NCBI GenBank assembly: GCA_965223845.1
Contig: CBDCXR010000004.1
Location: 3,584,001-3,648,000 of the forward strand
Direction of reading: 5' to 3'
DNA from: Planctomycetota bacterium
GTDB taxonomy: Bacteria; Planctomycetota; UBA8108; SXIK01
Length of the DNA: 64,000 bases
In this document: piece by piece, positions 1 to 10,174 of the stretch
Position numbering within the stretch: position 1 is the stretch's first letter
Layout of the letters: every line of letters starts with the position of its first letter
The notes under the pieces: model-generated
What the model was told of the DNA's origin: nothing
Database searches by the model: none
Seen by the model: only the letters and a program-made list of their open reading frames with translations
Position numbers and translations under genes: made by a program

Positions 1-909
1 AATACCCGCAACGACGTCCTCGCCCTGCGCGTTGATCAGATACTCGCCGTAGAAAATCTTTTGGCCGTTTCCCGGATCGCGCGTGAACGCGACCCCGGTA
101 GCGCAGTCGTCGCCCATGTTCCCGAAGGCCATCGACTGCACGTTGACCGCGGTTCCCCATTCGTGCGGGATGCCTTCGATGTTGCGGTACGCGATCGCGC
201 GCGCGCCGTTCCACGATGCGAACACCGCGCCGATGGATCCCCAGATCTGCTTTTCCGCGTTGTCCGGGAAGGGCTTTCCCAGCACCTCGCGGATGAGAAC
301 CTTGTACTGCTCACAGAGCGATTTCAGATCTTCGGTCGAGAGGTCGGTGTCGAGCTCGACGCCTCGCTCGCGCTTCCGCGACTCGAGGAGTTCGTCGAGC
401 TTCCGGCGAATCCCTTGGCCGTCTTCGGGCTCGATCCCACCCGCCTTCTCCATCACGACGTCCGAGTACATCGTGATGAGGCGTCGGTACGAGTCGTAGA
501 CGAAGCGCTCGTTCCCGCCGGACTGCCGGATGACGCCCGGGATCGTCTTCGACGTGAGACCGATGTTGAGCACCGTCTCCATCATTCCCGGCATCGAGAC
601 GCGCGCACCCGAACGAACGGACCAGAGGAGCGGGTTCTTCGGATCGCCGAACTTCTTTCCCATCAAGCGCTCGACCTTGCGAATCGCGGTCGCGACTTGG
701 CCGGCGAGCTCCTTCGGGTAGCGGCGGCGATTGGCGTAGTAGTACGTGCAGACGTCCGTCGTGATGGTGAATCCGGGCGGCACCGGGAGGCGGAGCTTCG
801 GATGGCCCGCCATGTCGGCCAAGTTCGCGCCCTTACCGCCGAGAAGGTTGCGCAGTTCGCCGCTGCCTTCCGCCTTGCCACCACCGAACGCGTAAACGTA
901 CTTGGCCAT
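1..909 (-). CDS. ppdK: Pyruvate, phosphate dikinase (N-terminal part; runs off the window edge)
   Basis: My translation from ATG at 909: [15 protein letters not shown]...[12 protein letters not shown]...[10 protein letters not shown]...[24 protein letters not shown]...[15 protein letters not shown]...TGVAFTRDP...[15 protein letters not shown]. Absent from the ORF track because it has no stop codon in the window. Confidence 0.96.
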   Translation of the reverse strand, partial: MAKYVYAFGGGKAEGSGELRNLLGGKGANLADMAGHPKLRLPVPPGFTITTDVCTYYYANRRRYPKELAGQVATAIRKVERLMGKKFGDPKNPLLWSVRSGARVSMPGMMETVLNIGLTSKTIPGVIRQSGGNERFVYDSYRRLITMYSDVVMEKAGGIEPEDGQGIRRKLDELLESRKRERGVELDTDLSTEDLKSLCEQYKVLIREVLGKPFPDNAEKQIWGSIGAVFASWNGARAIAYRNIEGIPHEWGTAVNVQSMAFGNMGDDCATGVAFTRDPGNGQKIFYGEYLINAQGEDVVAGI

Positions 910-1360
910 GAGAAGCTCTCTTTATCTGAAGGTTTTCTGAGTCCTGACGGATCGCGGCTTAGCTCCCGGCTTCCGAACGCAGCGTGGCGCGAATCGCACG
1001 TGCCGATTCCGCAGACCACAACTCGGAAGCCGTCCGCGCAGCCGTCGCGCTCGCCCAGGCGACCGGCGCACATCCGAGCAACCGGCAGGGCTCGGAACGG
1101 TCGGCAGCGGCGCGAGTTCGATCGTCGAGTCGGCGATTCCCGCGCCGGAACGATCGTATTCGGAAGCTGACCCGGAATCTGATCGAACCCGCGATTGTAG
1201 AGGAATCGATCACTGAAACAAGGGGAATCCGCTCCCGGTCGGCGGGCGACGCGCATCGTATTCTTAAGAGTCGGTGGCTGCGCTTTGCCGTCCGTTTCCG
1301 GCGTCGACCGTGCGCCACCGAAGGAAGACCGCAGTCGACTCACCCAGCAGGTAGCCCCTC

Positions 1361-1645
1361 ATGACCACACCACAGAAGACCGTCGTCTGCCCCGGCTGCG
1401 CGAAGTCGATTCGCGTTTGTGCCCGCGTGATGAGCGACGGCAACGAGTACGCGTTCTACCTGTGCGGACGCTGCGAGGACGTCGTCCTCCAAGACCCGAC
1501 CGACGGCACGTGGCGCCTTCGGGGTGAACCGGGTCAGGAAATCGCGAATGTCGTCGAAGTTCTGCGCAGTCTGGCAGCGGCGAACTGGACCGCGCAGTCT
1601 CGCTCGCGTGAGCCGCTGAACACGCAGCGGCTACCGACGTTCTGA
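1361..1645 (+). CDS. Small hypothetical protein with two CxxC motifs (zinc-ribbon-like)
   Basis: 94 aa; CPGC and CGRC about 25 aa apart; composition unlike the Arg/Ser-rich shadow ORFs. Confidence 0.6.
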   Translation: MTTPQKTVVCPGCAKSIRVCARVMSDGNEYAFYLCGRCEDVVLQDPTDGTWRLRGEPGQEIANVVEVLRSLAAANWTAQSRSREPLNTQRLPTF

Positions 1646-1837
1646 AGGTTTAGGGCGTCCGCGCCCGCCGGTCGGCGCCTCAGCGGGGAGGTCGAGAGTC
1701 CGATCCCGCACCTCTGACGCCGAGAGTTTCTCGCCGCCCGCCGCTTCCCGCGTTCGGGTAGAATCTCGTCTCCAACCGAGCCTTCGACGATGGGGTCGCG
1801 GGTCGGCCTCGAGCTCCAGCGGAACGGGAAGACGAGA

Positions 1838-2131
1838 GTGGCGTACGTCGTTTGCGAACCTTGCGAGAACTGTCGGTACACGGACTGTGTCGCCGTGTGT
1901 CCGGTCGAGTGCTTTCACGAAGCCGAGACGATGCTCTACATCGACCCGGACGTCTGCATCGACTGCGGGGTCTGCGTGCCGGAATGTCCGGTCGAGGCGA
2001 TCTTCCCGGACTACGAAGTCCCCGAGGAGTGGATTCGATACATCGAGCTCAACGCAAAGCTCTCCCCGGGGCTCCCGGTGATCGTCGACAAAAAAGACCC
2101 GCTCCCGACCGCACCGCCGCGTTCCGATTGA
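1838..2131 (+). CDS. fdxA: 7Fe ([3Fe-4S][4Fe-4S]) ferredoxin, FdxA type
   Basis: From GTG 1838: AYVVCEPCENCRYTDCVAVCPVECF...LYIDPDVCIDCGVCVPECPVEAIF. Confidence 0.93.
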   Translation: MAYVVCEPCENCRYTDCVAVCPVECFHEAETMLYIDPDVCIDCGVCVPECPVEAIFPDYEVPEEWIRYIELNAKLSPGLPVIVDKKDPLPTAPPRSD

Positions 2132-2354
2132 CCGGTGGAGAGGGCGAAAACGCCCCGCCGTTGCCCCCCTAAGCGGCTCGTAGAAATGGAGTTAGGCTCT
2201 CCGTCGGGCGAGACGACGCCACGGCCTTCGTTCACGGAGCGGCCATCGAATTCTCACATCCAGTGACACAACGGTGACATTGGCCCGATAAAAAGGCCGA
2301 GCTTTGGGAGAGCAGCGATCCAGCGGCCCTTCCGGACGATCTGAAGCAAAAACG

Positions 2355-2565
2355 AGCCTTCGACGGTCGACGCGCTGCCGAACTCACCGTCTTGTTCGGT
2401 GGTCGAGCGGGCGGCCCTCGATCCGATTCACGACCGCCTCCCCCAATCGCGGATGTTCCCACCTTCCGCGGGGCGGCCCCACGGACCCCACCCAACCTCC
2501 CCTCACGTGAGGCGCGTTGCGGCTCACGACGGGGTCCGGATTTCGGACCGTCGAAGGCTTTTTTT
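2355..2565. other. Candidate structured RNA or attenuator element closed by a 14-bp perfect inverted repeat
   Basis: AGCCTTCGACGGTC (2355-2368) pairs with GACCGTCGAAGGCT (2546-2559); T7 run at 2559-2565; several internal stems. Confidence 0.4.
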
Positions 2566-2984
2566 CATCGGCCGGCGTGGACAGGAACCAGCGTTCGGGC
2601 CGATGTAGCGGGGAGACGGGGTGTCACCCGCCGCGATCCCGGCCGCCGCTGGCGATACCGGATCGTCCCTGCGCCCGCAGCTCCCGACGCGGAGCACACC
2701 GAACTGGCTTCACCCGTTTCAACGACCGCGGTTGCGGTAGAAACCGGTGCGAGCATCGAGGTAGCTTGACGGACGCTCGGGGACGATACCGAGTCGGCTC
2801 CGTGACGGGGTCAGGCTCGGCGACCGAGCTCCGGCCCGGCGGTGACGTGCGGACGCCGGAGAGTGTGCACCGACCTATCGTCTACAGCCTTCCGCCGCCG
2901 CGGGAGAGGATTGGAAATCAAGTACCGGAACTTCACCGCTGAGATCGACGGCGCGCGAGCGGACGGTTTAGAGGAGCCCGAGAG

Positions 2985-4340
2985 ATGAGACTCGCTGTTA
3001 TCGGAACGGGATACGTCGGCCTGGTCACCGGCGCCTGCTTTGCTGACCTCGGAAACGACGTGACCTGCGTCGACATCGACGAGGCGAAAATCGAGGCGCT
3101 CAAGAACGGCAAGGTACCGATCTACGAGCCCGGTCTCGAGGAGTTGCTCCGGCGCAACATCGCAGAAGGACGACTCTCGTTCACGACGAAGACGAGCGAC
3201 GCCGTTCCCGGGCGAGACGTCGCCTTCATTTGCGTCGGAACGCCCCAGTCCGCGTCGGGCAAAGCCGACCTCACGTACGTGCTCTCAGCGGCCGAGGCGA
3301 TCGTCACGAACATCGATCAGTACACGGTCATCGTCGACAAGAGCACCGTTCCCGTCGGGACGGCTCAGCGCCTCACGCGCGAGTTCAGCGGTCGATCGGA
3401 ACATGGGTTCGAGTTCGTCTCGAATCCGGAGTTCCTTCGCGAAGGCGCGGCGATCAAGGACTTTCAGAATCCGGACCGGATCGTGATCGGGGCGAACTCG
3501 GAGCGCGCACGAAACACGATGGAGCGCCTCTACGCTCCTCACGCGCGCGTGAATCGCCCGATCTTGTTCATGAACTGTGAGACGGCAGAGCTCATCAAGT
3601 ACGCCGCGAACGGTATGCTCGCGGCCCGCATCTCGTTCATGAACGCCCTCACCGGTCTCTGCGAAAAGATCGGCGCGGACATCAAGGACATCGCGAAGGG
3701 CATCGGGCTCGACACGCGCATCGGATCGCGCTTTCTGCAAGCCTCGCCCGGCTACGGCGGATCGTGTTTTCCGAAGGATGTGCGTTCGCTGATCGACACG
3801 CTCGAGAGCCATCAGGTAAACGCGAACCTCTTCCGTGCGATTGACCAGGTGAACGAGCAGCACAAGAAGTCGCACGTCGCGCGCATTTCGCAGTTCCTAC
3901 CCGACCTGAACGGAAAGCGCGTCGCGGTGTGGGGTCTCGCGTTCAAGCCGCGCACCGACGACATTCGCGAGTCCGCCTCGCTCACTCTCATCGACCAGCT
4001 TCTCGAGCGAGGATGCGAGGTCGTCGCCTACGATCCGGAAGCGACGGAGAACACGCGGCGGGTCTACCCGCAAATCGAGTACGTCGCGACGCCGTACGAA
4101 GCGGTCGAGGGCGCGTCGGCGGTGGTCGTCATGACCGAATGGGATGTGTTTCGCAACCTCGACCTCGACAAGGTTCGGTCGATCATGCGCGAGCCGGTCC
4201 TCGTCGATTGCCGGAACATCTACAATCCGGAAGACGTCGTCTCACTCGGATTCGATTACGCTGGTATCGGCCGGCCGGCGGTCGCCCGCCGCGCGGAATC
4301 GAAATCCGAGCGCGAAGAAGTTCCCGAAAGCGCGCGCTAA
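2985..4340 (+). CDS. ugd: UDP-glucose 6-dehydrogenase
   Basis: GTGYVGL Rossmann motif, KSTVPVGT, SNPEFLREG, GYGGSCFPKD (catalytic Cys), AFKPRTDDIRES. Confidence 0.95.
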   Translation: MRLAVIGTGYVGLVTGACFADLGNDVTCVDIDEAKIEALKNGKVPIYEPGLEELLRRNIAEGRLSFTTKTSDAVPGRDVAFICVGTPQSASGKADLTYVLSAAEAIVTNIDQYTVIVDKSTVPVGTAQRLTREFSGRSEHGFEFVSNPEFLREGAAIKDFQNPDRIVIGANSERARNTMERLYAPHARVNRPILFMNCETAELIKYAANGMLAARISFMNALTGLCEKIGADIKDIAKGIGLDTRIGSRFLQASPGYGGSCFPKDVRSLIDTLESHQVNANLFRAIDQVNEQHKKSHVARISQFLPDLNGKRVAVWGLAFKPRTDDIRESASLTLIDQLLERGCEVVAYDPEATENTRRVYPQIEYVATPYEAVEGASAVVVMTEWDVFRNLDLDKVRSIMREPVLVDCRNIYNPEDVVSLGFDYAGIGRPAVARRAESKSEREEVPESAR

Positions 4341-4414
4341 ACCCTGTCGAACCTTGGACCGGCGACCGAGGCTGGAGCGGCGAACGCGTCGCGTCCGCTT
4401 CGCCGGGCGCTCCG

Positions 4415-5635
4415 ATGCCTCCGAACGACGAGTCTGCCTCACAGGAAACCGCCGCCCGCGCGGAACGCGCGCGTGAGGCGCGCCGCGCGCTCAGCGGAGC
4501 GCGGCGCCTCGTGATCAAGATCGGAACCAACGTTCTCACGCGCGCGAGCGGCGAGATGGCGATCGGACACGCACACTCGCTCATCGAGGAGATCGCCGAT
4601 CTGCGCCGCGAGGGCCGCCAGGTGATCGTCGTCTCCTCGGGCGCGATCAGCCTCGGCATGCACCGTCTAGGTCTCGACGCGCGACCCGACAATCTTCCGA
4701 CCTTGCAGGCGTGCGCGGCCATCGGCCAGATCCGTTTGATGGCGGTCTACGAGCACGCGTTCCGGCACTTCGGCCTCCATTCGGCGCAGGTTCTCCTCAC
4801 CGAAGAGGATTTCTCCGATCGCGAGCGCTATCTCAATTTGCGCAACACGCTCGAGCGACTGCTCGAACACGGCGTGATTCCGATCGTGAACGAAAACGAC
4901 ACCGTTTCGACGAGCGAGATCGAACCTCACGTCGAGGAAGGCGCGCGGCGACGAGTTTTCGGGGACAACGACCGTCTGTCGGCGCTCGTCATGTCGAAGC
5001 TCGAGGCGGGGCTGCTCATCCTTCTCAGCGATGTCGGAGGGCTCTATCCCGAATACGCGTCCGGTCGACAGCCAACCGAGCCTCTCTCCGTCGTCGAAGA
5101 GCTCACGTCCGAGATTACGGCCATGGCGGAAACGACTACGGGACGCGGCCGTGGCGGGATGATGAGCAAGCTGCGCTCGATCGAAGTCGCCCTCGAGGCC
5201 GGGGGCATGGCGGTCATCGCGAGCGGAACCGAGCCAGGGATCTTGAGCCGGATCCTGGCCGGCGAGTCGGTCGGGACTCTCTTTCTACCGCGCGAACGAA
5301 AAGCGAGCCGCAAGCGGTGGCTCGCGCACGCGACGAACGCTCGCGGACGAGTGAGGCTCAACGCGGGCGCCGTGTCCGCTCTCCGGAGCGGAAAATCGAG
5401 CCTCCTCTTCGCCGGAGTGACGGCCGTCGACGGCGAGTTTCAGAAGGGGGACGTCGTCGCGCTCCTCTCCGAAACCGGGGAGGAAATCGGACGCGGCCGC
5501 GTGAACTACGGTTCGGGGACGGCAGCTTCTCTCGTCGGGCGCCGATCCGACGAGATCGCCGCGAAGACCGGGGAACGTCCCGCGGAGTTCATTCACCGCG
5601 ACAACATCGTAGTCCACGCCGCGCCCTCGCGCTAA
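4415..5635 (+). CDS. proB: Glutamate 5-kinase with C-terminal PUA domain
   Basis: VIKIGT, VSSGAI, PIVNENDTV, FGDNDRLS, GGMMSKL, PUA-like tail; start placed at ATG 4415 inside ORF 3929..5635. Confidence 0.95.
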   Translation: MPPNDESASQETAARAERAREARRALSGARRLVIKIGTNVLTRASGEMAIGHAHSLIEEIADLRREGRQVIVVSSGAISLGMHRLGLDARPDNLPTLQACAAIGQIRLMAVYEHAFRHFGLHSAQVLLTEEDFSDRERYLNLRNTLERLLEHGVIPIVNENDTVSTSEIEPHVEEGARRRVFGDNDRLSALVMSKLEAGLLILLSDVGGLYPEYASGRQPTEPLSVVEELTSEITAMAETTTGRGRGGMMSKLRSIEVALEAGGMAVIASGTEPGILSRILAGESVGTLFLPRERKASRKRWLAHATNARGRVRLNAGAVSALRSGKSSLLFAGVTAVDGEFQKGDVVALLSETGEEIGRGRVNYGSGTAASLVGRRSDEIAAKTGERPAEFIHRDNIVVHAAPSR

Positions 5636-5706
5636 AGCAGCACAGCGCGCTCGGGACATGCGGCGCGGTGGGAGCTAGCGAGTGGATGGAGCCGCAGGCG
5701 GGAACT

Positions 5707-7017
5707 TCATCGCCGCTCTTCGTCCTCGAGCGGATAGAGGAGGTGCGGGCGCCGGCGCCGCTCGTACTCGGCCAGAGCCGTCCGCCAGTCCGCCGCGATC
5801 GTCTCGACCGAGTCCCCGCGCTCGATCGACTCCCGGAGCGACGCCGTGCCGGCGAGACGATCGAACCTCGGCGCATCGATCGCAAAATCGCCGGGGTAGA
5901 GTCGCTGAAGAGCGACGAGCAGCGCTACGGCGAACTCGACCGGTCGATACCGGAATGGATCGAGAACGTAGACCTCGATGCCCTGACACGACTCGCCCTC
6001 GTACTTCGAGAACCACGGTCGAAAGAGCGCCGGTCGCACCCGACAACCCAATGGACGGAGGCTGCGGATCTCATGCGCGAGTTCGTCGGCGTCGATCCAA
6101 GGCGCACCGACGAGCCGGAACGGACGCGTGGTCCCCCGCCCCTCGCTCACGTTCGTCCCTTCGACGAGAACCATTCCCGCGTAGACGAGTGCGGTCTCGC
6201 GATCGGGGATATTCGGCGACGGCGCGATCCACGGGCGCTCGCCTCGGCCCACACTCCACGCCGAGCGTTCGTATCCGGTCATCGCGATCACTCGGAGAGG
6301 AGCACCGAGCCCGGCCTCCGCGTTGACGAGTCGCGCGAATTCACCCGCCGTCAGGCCGTGACGCAGCGGGAGCGAGTGCGGTCCGACGAACGACGTGAAG
6401 CTCGGCTCGAGGACGGGTCCCTCCGCGCGTCCTCCGAGTGGAACGGGTCGATCGAGCACGCAGACTTCGACATCATTCTCCGCGGCGGCCGCGAGGACCT
6501 CCTTGAGCGTCGCGAGGTAGGTGTACGTACGGACGCCGATGTCCTGAATGTCGAAGAGGACGATATCGATGCCTCGCAGCATCTCCGCGCTCGGGCGTCG
6601 CGTCTCGCCGTAGAGACTGTAGATCGGCAGTGCCGCGCGGGAAGAATGAGCGTCGTCGCCGATCGTCTTCCCCGCCGCCTCGGCGCCGTGCGCACCGTGC
6701 TCGGGCGCAAAGAGACACACGAGCGTGACTCCCGGCGCCCCCTCGAGTCGCTCCACGATTCCGCGGAGCTCCCCGTCGACCGCCGTCGGATTGGCGACGA
6801 CCCCGACCCGCTTCCCGCGAAGTGGAGCGAACTCGCTCGCAGCGAGGACCTCGAGGCCGGTGCGGTAGGCAGTCGTCGTCTCGGGCGGCGACTCATTACA
6901 GCCGGCGACGAACGCGAGCGACGCGGCAGCGACCGCGGCGCGGAGCGATCGATCGACGAGCAGCGAGAATCGTGTCCGCACGGTCTCCGGCCAGAAGCGC
7001 TCGAGCTCAACCATCAT
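5707..7017 (-). CDS. namZ: DUF1343 / NamZ-like exo-beta-N-acetylmuramidase, probable lipoprotein
   Basis: FAPEHG, YSLYG, FDIQDIGVRTYTY, LDRPVP, RHGLTAGE, PSPN, SEGRGTTRPF; lipobox-like FVAGC. Confidence 0.88.
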   Translation of the reverse strand: MMVELERFWPETVRTRFSLLVDRSLRAAVAAASLAFVAGCNESPPETTTAYRTGLEVLAASEFAPLRGKRVGVVANPTAVDGELRGIVERLEGAPGVTLVCLFAPEHGAHGAEAAGKTIGDDAHSSRAALPIYSLYGETRRPSAEMLRGIDIVLFDIQDIGVRTYTYLATLKEVLAAAAENDVEVCVLDRPVPLGGRAEGPVLEPSFTSFVGPHSLPLRHGLTAGEFARLVNAEAGLGAPLRVIAMTGYERSAWSVGRGERPWIAPSPNIPDRETALVYAGMVLVEGTNVSEGRGTTRPFRLVGAPWIDADELAHEIRSLRPLGCRVRPALFRPWFSKYEGESCQGIEVYVLDPFRYRPVEFAVALLVALQRLYPGDFAIDAPRFDRLAGTASLRESIERGDSVETIAADWRTALAEYERRRRPHLLYPLEDEERR

Positions 7018-7271
7018 TCCCCGTGCTCTTCCCTCTCCGATCCCTCACTCGCATCAACGCCGGCCTCGATCACCCTCCGCCGCCGCGCGCACGCGGTCAA
7101 GGTGAAAGAACCGTCTCGAGCCTTCGGTTTTCGATGGCTCCCCCCGCCGGTCGGACGCGCCCGAGATATAGGACTTTACCGCCCGACCGCACCGGCGTAT
7201 ATCAGCTCGGGTTCGCTCTCGCGCTCCGCTCGAGCGCCAGCGGTCCCGACTCACTCAGCTCGAGGAAACTC

Positions 7272-10013
7272 GTGAAGCGCTTTTTTCTCGTGGACGGCCA
7301 CGCCCAAATCTTTCGTGCCTACTACGCCCCGTTTCAACGACTCTCCTCCCCCACCGGAGAATCCGTCAAAGCGACGCACACGTTCACGCAGATGATCCTC
7401 GCGATCTTGCGGGAACAGCAGCCGGACTATCTGGCGATCGCGATGGATGTCAGCGACTCGACGACGCTTCGGCGAGAGATTGATCCGGAGTACAAGGCGA
7501 CGCGAGAGGAAACGCCGGAAGACCTGCCGGAACAGATCGATCGCATCGTCGAAATCATCGAGACGATGTCGATCCCGATCTTTCGGCTCGCAGGCTACGA
7601 AGCGGATGACATCATCGCGACCGTCGCTGAGCGGCTCGGACCCGAGGTCGAGCTCTTCGTCGTCAGCAAAGACAAGGACCTTTACCAGATCATGGGTGAT
7701 CAGGTCCACCTTTGGGACCCGGTGGACAAGAGAGCCTTCACGGTCGAAGACCTGCGCGCCGCGCACGGCTTCGGACCGGATCTCGCGGTGGAGGTACAGA
7801 CGCTGACCGGCGACTCGACGGACAATGTTCCCGGCGTCAAGGGGATCGGCGTCAAGAAGGCGGTCGCGCTCCTCGATCGATTCGGCTCGGCGGAGAACGT
7901 CCTCGCCCATGCGAGTGAACTCACGCCGAAGATGAGCGAAAACGTACGCGCGTTCGCGGATCAGCTCGACCGCACGCGGCAACTCGTGACGCTGCGGACC
8001 GATGTCCCCATCGAGTTCGATCTCGACGCGTGCCAGACGCACACCGTCCCGACGGACGCGCTGCGCCCGATCTTTCGCTCGCTCCAGCTGCGGCGCCTGC
8101 TCGCGCAGCTCGACGAGATCGACGAAGAGCACGGCGGTGGCGAGGATGCGGGTCGCGGCGAGCCGACGAACGACGCGAGCGACGAGGGAGATTCGACGCC
8201 GAGCCGCCCAAAGGGCGAGTACGAGATCGTCGATACGGAGGAGAAGCTCGATCGGTTCATCGCCGACCTGGAGAAGCAGAGTCGCTTCGCGCTCGACGCG
8301 GAGACGACGTCGCTCCGTCCGCGCGATGCGCTCATCGTCGGACTCGCGTTCTCGTGGAGCACCGGGACGGGATTCTACCTCCCCCTTCGCTCGCACTGGG
8401 GCGAAACGCTTCCGCCGGAGTCGACGATCGAGCGCCTCCGCCCGATCCTCGAAGACGCCGCAGTGGGGAAGTGCGGTCAGAACCTCAAGTACGACATGCA
8501 GGTTCTCCGCGCGGCCGGGATCGAGCTCCGCGGCGTAGAGGACGACTCGATGGTCGCATCGTACTTGCTCCATCCGGAACGAAGCGGTCATTCTCTCGAC
8601 GCCCTCGCGAAGGATCTCCTCGATCACGAAACCATCCCGATCTCGAAGCTCATCGGTTCGGGGAAAGAGGAGGTCTCGATGCTCGACGTCGACCTCGAGC
8701 AGCTCACCGAGTACGCCGCCGAGGATGCCGATGTGGCGTGGCAGCTCTGCGATCGTCTCGGCGAGCAGATCGGGGCGTCGCCGATGGCGGATCTCTATCG
8801 CGATGTCGAGCTGCCGCTCGTCGAGGTCCTCGCCGACATGGAGTACAGCGGCGTCGCGCTCGACACGAAGCTCCTCGAAGAGATCAGCACGGATCTTCGC
8901 GAACGGATCGAAGAGCTTCGCCGTTCGATTTACGACGCGGCCGGCCGGGAGTTCGCGATCGATTCGCCGAAGCAGCTCGGCGTGATCCTCTTCGACGAGC
9001 TCGGGTTTCGCGTGGTCAAAAAGACGAAGACCAGTCGCTCGACCGATGCCGAGGTGCTCGGCGTCCTCAGCGCTGAAACGGCCCACCCGCTGCCCGGCCT
9101 CGTCCTCGACTACCGCGAGCTCACGAAGCTTCTCAGCACGTACGTCGAGCCGCTGCCCGGAATGGTTTCGCCACACTCGGGTCGCCTCCACGCGAGCTTC
9201 CACCAAGCGGTTGCCGCGACCGGACGCCTGAGCTCGTCGAGCCCGAACCTCCAGAACATCCCCGTCCGGACCGAGCAAGGCCGTCAGATTCGCCGCGCGT
9301 TCGTCGCGCGGGACGAAGATCACCGTTTGGTGGTCGCCGACTACTCGCAGATCGAGCTCCGGGTGCTCGCCCATTTTTCCCGCGACGAACAGCTCCTCGA
9401 TGCGTTCGCTCGAGATCGCGACATCCACGCCTTCGTCGCCGCACAGATCGACGGAATTCCGATCGAGGACGTGACGGATGAGCAGCGGACGCGCGCGAAG
9501 GCGGTCAACTTCGGCATCATTTACGGGCAGAGCGCGTTCGGCCTCGCAAAGAACCTCGGCATCTCGCGCGCGGACGCAGCGAGCTTCATCGCCGAGTACA
9601 AAGGCCGCTACCCCGGAATCGTCCGGTTCATGGAGCAGTGCGTCGCGGAGGCGGAAGCCGAAGGACGAGTCTCGACCCTGCTCGGAAGGCAGCGCGTGAT
9701 TCCCGAGATTCACTCGAAGAATCGCATGCGCCGGAACCAGGGCGAGCGCCTCGCGATCAACACGGTCGTTCAGGGAAGTGCGGCCGACATCATCAAGGTC
9801 GCGATGGTGCGATTGCATCGTCGAGTCCGAGACGAGAAGCTCCCGATCTCGCTGCTCATCCAGGTGCACGACGAGCTGCTCGTCGAGTGCCCGCGATCCG
9901 AAACCGAACGGTGCCGCGCGGTCCTCCGCGACGCCATGGAGAACGCGGTCGAGCTGGATGTTCGCCTCCGCGTCGACGTCGGTGAAGGCTCGAACTGGCT
10001 CGAGGCGAAGTAG
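7272..10013 (+). CDS. polA: DNA polymerase I
   Basis: GTG 7272; 5'-3' exonuclease (GYEADD, DKDL, GDSTDNVPGV); 3'-5' exonuclease (DAET, NLKYD, YAAED); polymerase motifs DYSQIELR, KAVNFGIIYG, QVHDEL. Confidence 0.98.
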   Translation: MKRFFLVDGHAQIFRAYYAPFQRLSSPTGESVKATHTFTQMILAILREQQPDYLAIAMDVSDSTTLRREIDPEYKATREETPEDLPEQIDRIVEIIETMSIPIFRLAGYEADDIIATVAERLGPEVELFVVSKDKDLYQIMGDQVHLWDPVDKRAFTVEDLRAAHGFGPDLAVEVQTLTGDSTDNVPGVKGIGVKKAVALLDRFGSAENVLAHASELTPKMSENVRAFADQLDRTRQLVTLRTDVPIEFDLDACQTHTVPTDALRPIFRSLQLRRLLAQLDEIDEEHGGGEDAGRGEPTNDASDEGDSTPSRPKGEYEIVDTEEKLDRFIADLEKQSRFALDAETTSLRPRDALIVGLAFSWSTGTGFYLPLRSHWGETLPPESTIERLRPILEDAAVGKCGQNLKYDMQVLRAAGIELRGVEDDSMVASYLLHPERSGHSLDALAKDLLDHETIPISKLIGSGKEEVSMLDVDLEQLTEYAAEDADVAWQLCDRLGEQIGASPMADLYRDVELPLVEVLADMEYSGVALDTKLLEEISTDLRERIEELRRSIYDAAGREFAIDSPKQLGVILFDELGFRVVKKTKTSRSTDAEVLGVLSAETAHPLPGLVLDYRELTKLLSTYVEPLPGMVSPHSGRLHASFHQAVAATGRLSSSSPNLQNIPVRTEQGRQIRRAFVARDEDHRLVVADYSQIELRVLAHFSRDEQLLDAFARDRDIHAFVAAQIDGIPIEDVTDEQRTRAKAVNFGIIYGQSAFGLAKNLGISRADAASFIAEYKGRYPGIVRFMEQCVAEAEAEGRVSTLLGRQRVIPEIHSKNRMRRNQGERLAINTVVQGSAADIIKVAMVRLHRRVRDEKLPISLLIQVHDELLVECPRSETERCRAVLRDAMENAVELDVRLRVDVGEGSNWLEAK

Positions 10014-10174
10014 CCGGAGCGCAGCTCACACGACCAGCCCCGCGGAGCTCGACGGCGCTTCCGGGCAGAGTTGACGCCCGCCGCCAGCGCGGCGATCATC
10101 GGGCTTTCGAAGAGCGAGCCGCCGTAGCGTTCCGCGGTCGCTTCGACTCATCCTCCGCCGGACCTCAATCTCAC

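Noticed and set aside
61-1170. 369-aa plus-strand ORF
   Set aside because: Antisense shadow of ppdK, which reads clearly on the minus strand from 909.
4711-7275. 854-aa plus-strand ORF
   Set aside because: Off-frame over proB and antisense to the NamZ-like gene; Arg-rich with no motifs, as expected in high-GC DNA.
7251-9869. 872-aa minus-strand ORF
   Set aside because: Antisense mirror of polA.
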